From Octopus sinensis (Eukaryota): a stretch of DNA of 43,505 nt. Below the pieces are notes generated by a model. The model searched no databases and had not been told where the DNA came from. It saw only the letters and a program-made list of their open reading frames with translations. Made by a program: the position numbers and the translations under genes. The DNA lies in contig NW_021835021.1 in the NCBI RefSeq assembly GCF_006345805.1, positions 1-43,505 of the forward strand. Reading direction: 5' to 3'. Numbering within the stretch: position 1 is the stretch's first letter; the number at the start of each line of letters is the position of its first letter. Below, piece by piece: positions 37,513 through 43,505 of the stretch.

Positions 37513-38069
37513 AAATGCTCTGATTCAGTACCAGGCAGTGGTTCTCGTGGCTTCTGATCTTAACTGATTGGAAGTGTTATCATACATATATTTTGTCTTG
37601 GTATAAAAGATGAGCTACAACAAATATTCTGTTCAATACCACAGATTTTCTTGTCAGTTGTTTGACCGTAACCAGTTGAGCATGTCCCTTGTTGGCTGAC
37701 GATATGTGCATCTCTGATCACGAGCAGAAGTAGTGGGGGAGCATCATAGCCATGTGTTGAGAGGTATTCTTTGGGGTTTGAATAATACATCTTTAGAAAC
37801 ATGGGTGGTTCGTTCAGCATCCTTAAACAATCCTTATTCAGGGACCTTTTGAGCGGGATGGGCTACTCGACCAGAAGAAAATTCTAACTGGGTCCCACCT
37901 GCAAGGTCATGTGCTGTTTATCTTGATATGAGATCACCATGTCGCGCACATATGGTTGTGATGCATGTGTCTGGTGTACCCTTATCAGACGGGTAGTCAT
38001 GATGGGTATACTGAGCTTCGTATTTTTTACCCCAGTGTCACTTTGATGGCATGCACTGCTCTCTCACTC
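37513..38069. repeat. Unclassified ~555-bp complex-sequence block, probably an interspersed repeat, between (CAA)n and (TAA)n tracts
   Basis: Sharp boundaries at trinucleotide tracts on both sides and no convincing ORF. Only one copy is present in the window. Confidence 0.4.
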
Positions 38070-38091
38070 AATAATAATAATAATAATAATG

Positions 38092-38126
<35 letters not shown>

Positions 38127-38261
38127 TAATAATAATAATAATGATAATGATTATTGATAATAATAATATATAATAATTATAATGATATTGATAACTAATA
38201 ATAATAATAATAATAATATAATAATAATAATAATAATAATAATATAATAATGGTAATAACA

Positions 38262-38423
38262 CTCTACATATTCTGAGTTCTAGTCCTATCGATACTAACT
38301 TCGCCTTTCATCCTTTCGGCGGTTCTGTATATTAAGATACCAGTTGAGTACTGGGGTCAAAAGTACTGACCATCACTCCTTTCCTCCAAACTGTTGGTTT
38401 TGTGTCTAAATTAGAAACATTAT
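38262..38423 (+). mobile_element. SINE family A, 5'-truncated remnant
   Basis: TTCGCCTTTCATCCTTTCGG...ACCAGTTGAGTACTGGGGTC. Confidence 0.6.
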
Positions 38424-38487
38424 CGTTATCGATTATTATTATTGTTGCCAAATAATAGAAAGGAAAAAAAAGGTCATTATTGTTAGA

Positions 38488-38880
38488 GGCGCAAGCGTGG
38501 CTGTGCGGTAAGAAGTTTGCTTAGCAAACACATGGTTCCAGGTTCAGTCCCACTGCGTGGTGCCTTGGACTAGTGTCTTCTACTATAACCCTGGGCCTTG
38601 TGAATGGATTTGGCAAACAGAAACTGAAAGAATCCCGTCGTATATGTACATATGTGTGTGTGTATGCCTTTGTGTCTGTGTTTGTCCCTCACCGCTTAAC
38701 AACCGGTGTTGGTGTGTTTACTTTCCAGTAACTAGCGGTTCGGCAAAAGAAATCGATAGAATAAGTACCACGGTTAAAAAGCATTATCAGTGCTAAGGTC
38801 GATTCATTCGACTAGAAATTCTTGAAGGCGGTGCCCCAGCATGGCCGCAGCCTGAAAGAAGTAAAAGACAAAAGAGAAAA
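38488..38880 (+). mobile_element. SINE family B, full copy with short internal microsatellite
   Basis: Head and 3' half align by eye to the 12056 and 31420 copies. Confidence 0.85.
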
Positions 38881-39311
38881 TAGTATTGCTATAACAGTTG
38901 TGTTGTTTTTGTTGTTGTTGATGTTATTGTTGACGATCTTGATGTTGTTGTTGTTATTGTTGATGTTTTGTTAAAGGTGGTTATTGCTGTTTTGTTTGTT
39001 GTTTTTGTTTCCGTTCTTGGCGATGTTGATTTTTTTGTTTGTTGTTTCTTTTTCTTAGTTTTGTTGTTGTTGATGTTGTTGTTGTAGTTGTTTTCGTTGT
39101 TGTTATTCCATCTCTCCTCCCATTTCATTCCTTCAACTCAACTGTTGAGAAACGAACAAGGAGCAGAGAGAAAACAAAAAGAGAAACAAAAAAAGATACA
39201 CAACAAAGCATAAAAAAAAGAACAAAAAAATAATTATAAAGAAAAAACAGAAACAAGCAAAAATAAAACATGACAAAAAATTAGTAAACAAGAAGATGAT
39301 AAACAACCGCT

Positions 39312-39346
<35 letters not shown>

Positions 39347-39602
39347 AGCAACAACAACATTTGAGAGACAAGAGAAGAACATTGCCATGGTGAACAAAAA
39401 CAGAAAGCAAAATTAAGAACCAAACCAACAGAATTTATTCTGGATGGCAGCCGTTCTCTCAACAATGTCGCTGCTGCTGCTGTTAATCCTGCAACTGGTG
39501 TCTTGTCATCTTCTCATCTTCAACATCTTTCTCCTGGAATACATACATACATGTGCGTGTGTATTTATGTACACATGTATGTATATATCTCTATGGATGC
39601 GC

Positions 39603-39642
<40 letters not shown>

Positions 39643-39785
39643 AGAGAGAGAGAGAAAGCGAGAAAGAGCGAGAAAGAGAGAGAGAAAGGAACAACCAGGC
39701 AGATATATATAGATCTATATGCATGTACATGTATGTATGCGTATAATGCGTATGTATAATGCATATATAAGCATTTATGTCTGTA

Positions 39786-40158
39786 CTAGCAGTATCGCCC
39801 GGCGTTGCTCAGGTTTGTAAGGGAAATAACTATAAAGCATTTTTAGAGAGTTATAGCAAAAAAATGGGAAAAAATTATGGTAAATTTTTTTTGAGAGTGA
39901 AAAAAGGTGGAGTTGCGTCCCTAGACAGTTTGCGGTTTGGTGTTTCTGATTCTCGACCCATGTCGAATTTATCGATTTTTTTTTCAGAACTGGGGGAACT
40001 TTTCAAAATTTTCGCTACGTTAGTTTTGAATTATGACATTGGGGCTATGGGGTGGTCAAGTTTCATCAGATCGGTTGAAAGCCGTGGTCAGGGTGAGGAT
40101 ACAAGCAACAGACACACAGAAACACGCACAGACAAACTGCCGTTTATATAGAGAGAGA
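39786..40158 (-). mobile_element. Non-autonomous Helitron, second copy
   Basis: On the minus strand it starts A|TCTCTCTCTATATAAACGGCAG and ends GCAACGCCGGGCGATACTGCTAG|T. Its 5' portion is homologous to the 12495 copy. Confidence 0.8.
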
Positions 40159-40164
40159 TGTATG

Positions 40165-40218
<54 letters not shown>

Positions 40219-40323
40219 CAGTATATTCACTCTTAGATTCACCAACTTCTTCAGCTTTTCTTGCTCCCCCAACAAGACCTTTCGGAATGTTCTTAAAGCC
40301 AGGAATTTTGAGCAGCCTCTCGT

Positions 40324-40366
<43 letters not shown>

Positions 40367-40395
40367 CATACACACACACATATATATATGTATAT

Positions 40396-40687
40396 GTCTC
40401 AGTGGTTAGAGCGTCGAGCTTACGATCGCGAGTTTGTGAGTTCGATTCCCGGACCCTGCTGCGTGTTGTGTTCTTGAGCAAGACACTTTATTTCACATTG
40501 CTCCAGTTCACTCAGCTGTAGAAATGAGTTGCAATGCCACTGGTGCCAGTCTGTATCGGCCCCTTAGCCTCTTCCTTGGTGTAAAGAGTGGGGTGCCGGT
40601 ATGCATGGGCGACTGCTGGCCTTTCACAAACAACCTTGCCTGGACTTGTGTCCCGGAGGGTTAACTTTCTAGGTGCAATCCCATGGT
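40396..40687 (+). mobile_element. tRNA-derived SINE, family D-type head
   Basis: CAGTGGTTAGAGCG (A box), GAGTTCGATTCCC (B box), then TTGTGTTCTTGAGCAAGACACTTTA. Confidence 0.75.
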
Positions 40688-42478
40688 ATCCTCACTTAAT
40701 GACTATTTGACCCAACCATGCAACTTCAAGTTTCGTAGGATCATAGAACGAACCTAACGAACATCTCTCCCTCCCTCTCTCTCTCTCTCTCTCTCTCAGT
40801 CTCTCTGTCTGTTTGTCTCTCTACACTCTCTCTCTTCTCTCTCGCTCCCCCCCCCCCTCTCTCTCTCTCTCTAGATGCCTAGGATTTACATTCGTTCTAG
40901 GAACCAACGAAACTTTAAATTTCATGGGATTGAATCAAACTGTTATTCAATAATATATGGAACCCCTACCAGATGCTCACTCATGTATATTTGTGTGTGT
41001 GTGTGTGTGTGTTGTGTGTGCGTGTGTGTGCGTGCGTGTGTGTGCGTGTAATATAACATTTTGATTCAGCATTCGTACATACAGACGAAAATATATGTAA
41101 ATATACAAATAACTCTTACAGACATGCACACACACACACCACACACACACACAACACATGTAACATTTCTCATCTTTGCTCAACCCACTGACACAGATGT
41201 ATGTTGAAGTCTATAAGATACTTATAGTTAGGTTTGTTTCTGTTGCCTTGTTGCCAACATTGGAGTCATGAGGCCAACGATGATTCAACACGTATAATAT
41301 TACTTGACTTTTTCTCTGATTTATAACGTCTTCGTCCAGATTAAATCCTCATGCCGGCTTAAAGGGAAGAGCAGACGACACTCTATCAAATCCAGTCGCC
41401 ATTGTTGCTTTCTTTAGTCGTCTCTTGGTGATCTCTCTTGTGGATTGGAGGAATGAGGAAGAGGGAGGGGGAAGGAAATGGGTTAGTGTGAGAGGGAGAG
41501 GAAACGAGATACAGATAGGGAGTAGCAGTGAGACAGAATGACAGAGAGAGGGAGAGACAGAAGAAGAGTATGTGTCTGCGTGCGCGGTTGCATGAGAGAG
41601 AGAGAGAGAGAGAGAGAATAAGGGAAACGAATGCTTGAGAGAAAGAGGGAGGGGAGAGGGTGATAGGGCAAAGAATACAAGAGAGGGAGAGTAATCGAAG
41701 AGAATGAGTGAGAAAGAGAAGCTGGAGAAATGAATGTATGAACGAGAGAGAAAGAGAGAGCGATAGGGAAATGAAAGCACGAGAGAATGAGAGAGAGAGA
41801 GAGAGAGAGAGAGAAAAGAAATTAAATGCGCGCGTGTGTGTGAGAGGGAGAGGTGGGGAAGGAGAAGGAGTTATTGTATGTATTGGTGTGTGTTGTGTGG
41901 TGTGTGTGTTGGGATGTCAAAGAGAAAGTGTGACGATGAAACATGAAAGTGATTGTGTATGTACGTGTGTGTGTGTGTGTGTTGAAGAGATGGAGAGTGA
42001 GAGAGTGAGAAAGAGAGAGAAAGATAGACTGTGTGGGAAAGAAGTAGATAGATAGAAAGCGAGACAGACTGCGAGATAGAGAAGGGGAGCGCTAAACAGA
42101 CAGACAGACCAAAAGCCTGTTGCGGTTGAGAGAGAATTTGAAAGTTATCCTGTCAGTAACCGCTGTTGGATTCGAACTCCCACCACTAACAACAGAGTCA
42201 TAATTATACCGAGTGCATTTGTGACAATTCACAGAGAAACTGTATCTCTACATGGGGCCTATTTACTGCTAAATGGAGGGGGGAAAGTTCTAGAGAAATA
42301 TCTTTAGTAAAGGAGGAGAGCATAGCATAGCGCAATGTCTGTACTTGTTAAAGTCTCTTTTCACTAGTTTCCCGAGACATTGTTAATCCTGTCAAGTGTT
42401 CCTGCCTGCCTGCCTGCCTGCCTGCTGTCTGTCTGTCTGTCTGTTGTCTGTCTATCTAGCTATCTATCTATCTATCTA

Positions 42479-42516
<38 letters not shown>

Positions 42517-42684
42517 GTTTAGTTCCAAACATTTAGGCGTTGTATTCACGAATAATATACATATGTAAATAATATATAATATAACATAATATATAATATA
42601 ATACACTCACCACAACCGCACGGCGCGCAGATACATGAAACATGTGATGATAGATATATATATATATATATAATATATATATAT

Positions 42685-42716
<32 letters not shown>

Positions 42717-43177
42717 GTATATGTATATATGTCACCCAGTTCAAATATGCTTGAGGCATATTCGAACCTGTAAGAAAGACATTCACTGTAGTTTGTCAAG
42801 CGAGAAAATTTCTCGCTTTGACAGAATGCTGTAAATACACCGCGTCAGTTCACAGAGTCACCTAAGAAAACAGTGAGATGCATGCATTTCGGAGTGCTTA
42901 TCTCCTCTTCAGCAGCAGAGATCGGAAAAGCGAACGCCATAAACTGACAAAAGACAGACCTCCCTTATGATATTCCTGTCATCGTTCAATGAATGGTTGC
43001 GCTACTCAGCTGCTCATCCGAAGTAAAAGATACTAAGGGGACTAAGCAAAGCAGTAATGTATATAAATACAAACTGGTTTACAGTTCAAATAGGCTTCAG
43101 GTATATTCGAACAATTTAGGAAACTACTTACTGTATTTTTTGTGTTTATATACATCGTCACCCCCATTATTATTATT

Positions 43178-43219
<42 letters not shown>

Positions 43220-43236
43220 ATTATTATTATTATTAT

Positions 43237-43505
43237 GTGATGAAAGCTTACAGCTTATTTTGCTGGGTATGATGGAAGGTGTCAGCTGTCCACAGCCATC
43301 AGACTAAGGTGCCACTTGTTTTACTGGTCATGCTTCAAGATCCTTGCAAAGAATTCTTACAGTTCCAAGCAATGCTGGTTTTTGTAGATGTTCTACCTTC
43401 ACACTTGCACTGATCTTTTTCAACCATGTTGGTAGTTGAGTGCTGATTACTTACAAGTGCCCCAATTACTATGGTATCACCCTCTACTCTCTTCATTGAC
43501 CACAA
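43237..43505 (-). mobile_element. R4/Dong-type 3' end abutting (TAA)n/(CAA)n (runs off the window edge)
   Basis: Minus-strand translation with frameshifts gives LWSMKRVE..IVIGAL..WLKKISASVKVEHLQKPALLGTVRILCKDLEA*. The 3' UTR ends at the TAA tract at 43236. Confidence 0.8.

Noticed and set aside
39430-39540. Signal-peptide-like ORF start MAAVLSTMSLLLLLILQLVSC, or an exon
   Set aside because: No GT donor on the plus strand, stops in all three minus frames after the candidate acceptor, and the ORF runs into microsatellite.
329-43307. The many ORFs rich in YI, CV, HT, SIYL, poly-I, poly-L or poly-M
   Set aside because: They are translations of (TA)n, (TG)n, (TCTA)n, (TAA)n and (GAT)n microsatellites, with no domain content.

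Overview
A 43.5-kb eukaryotic, AT-rich, microsatellite-saturated window. It is most likely octopus DNA, inferred from the repeat families and the microsatellite density; no database search was run. I find no supportable host protein-coding gene, and almost all ORF-track entries are translations of simple repeats. The window holds five decayed R4/Dong-type non-LTR retrotransposon copies (RT plus CCHC plus restriction-like endonuclease), most abutting (TAA)n or (CAA)n tracts. It also holds an RTE-type 3' end, four tRNA-like SINE families (with tandem, inverted, nested and chimeric copies), two non-autonomous Helitrons, two MITEs with 8-bp target duplications, and Penelope-type terminal fragments. 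The most striking signal is a type I hammerhead ribozyme with an intact core (10541-10586, minus strand). It fills the 69-nt spacer of a 140-bp near-perfect inverted repeat, and four further hammerhead-like motifs are scattered through the window. Also notable are a covarying 3'-UTR stem-loop shared by two divergent Dong copies, a dense CRE/CCAAT/GC-box cluster, and a possible Polinton-like capsid remnant.
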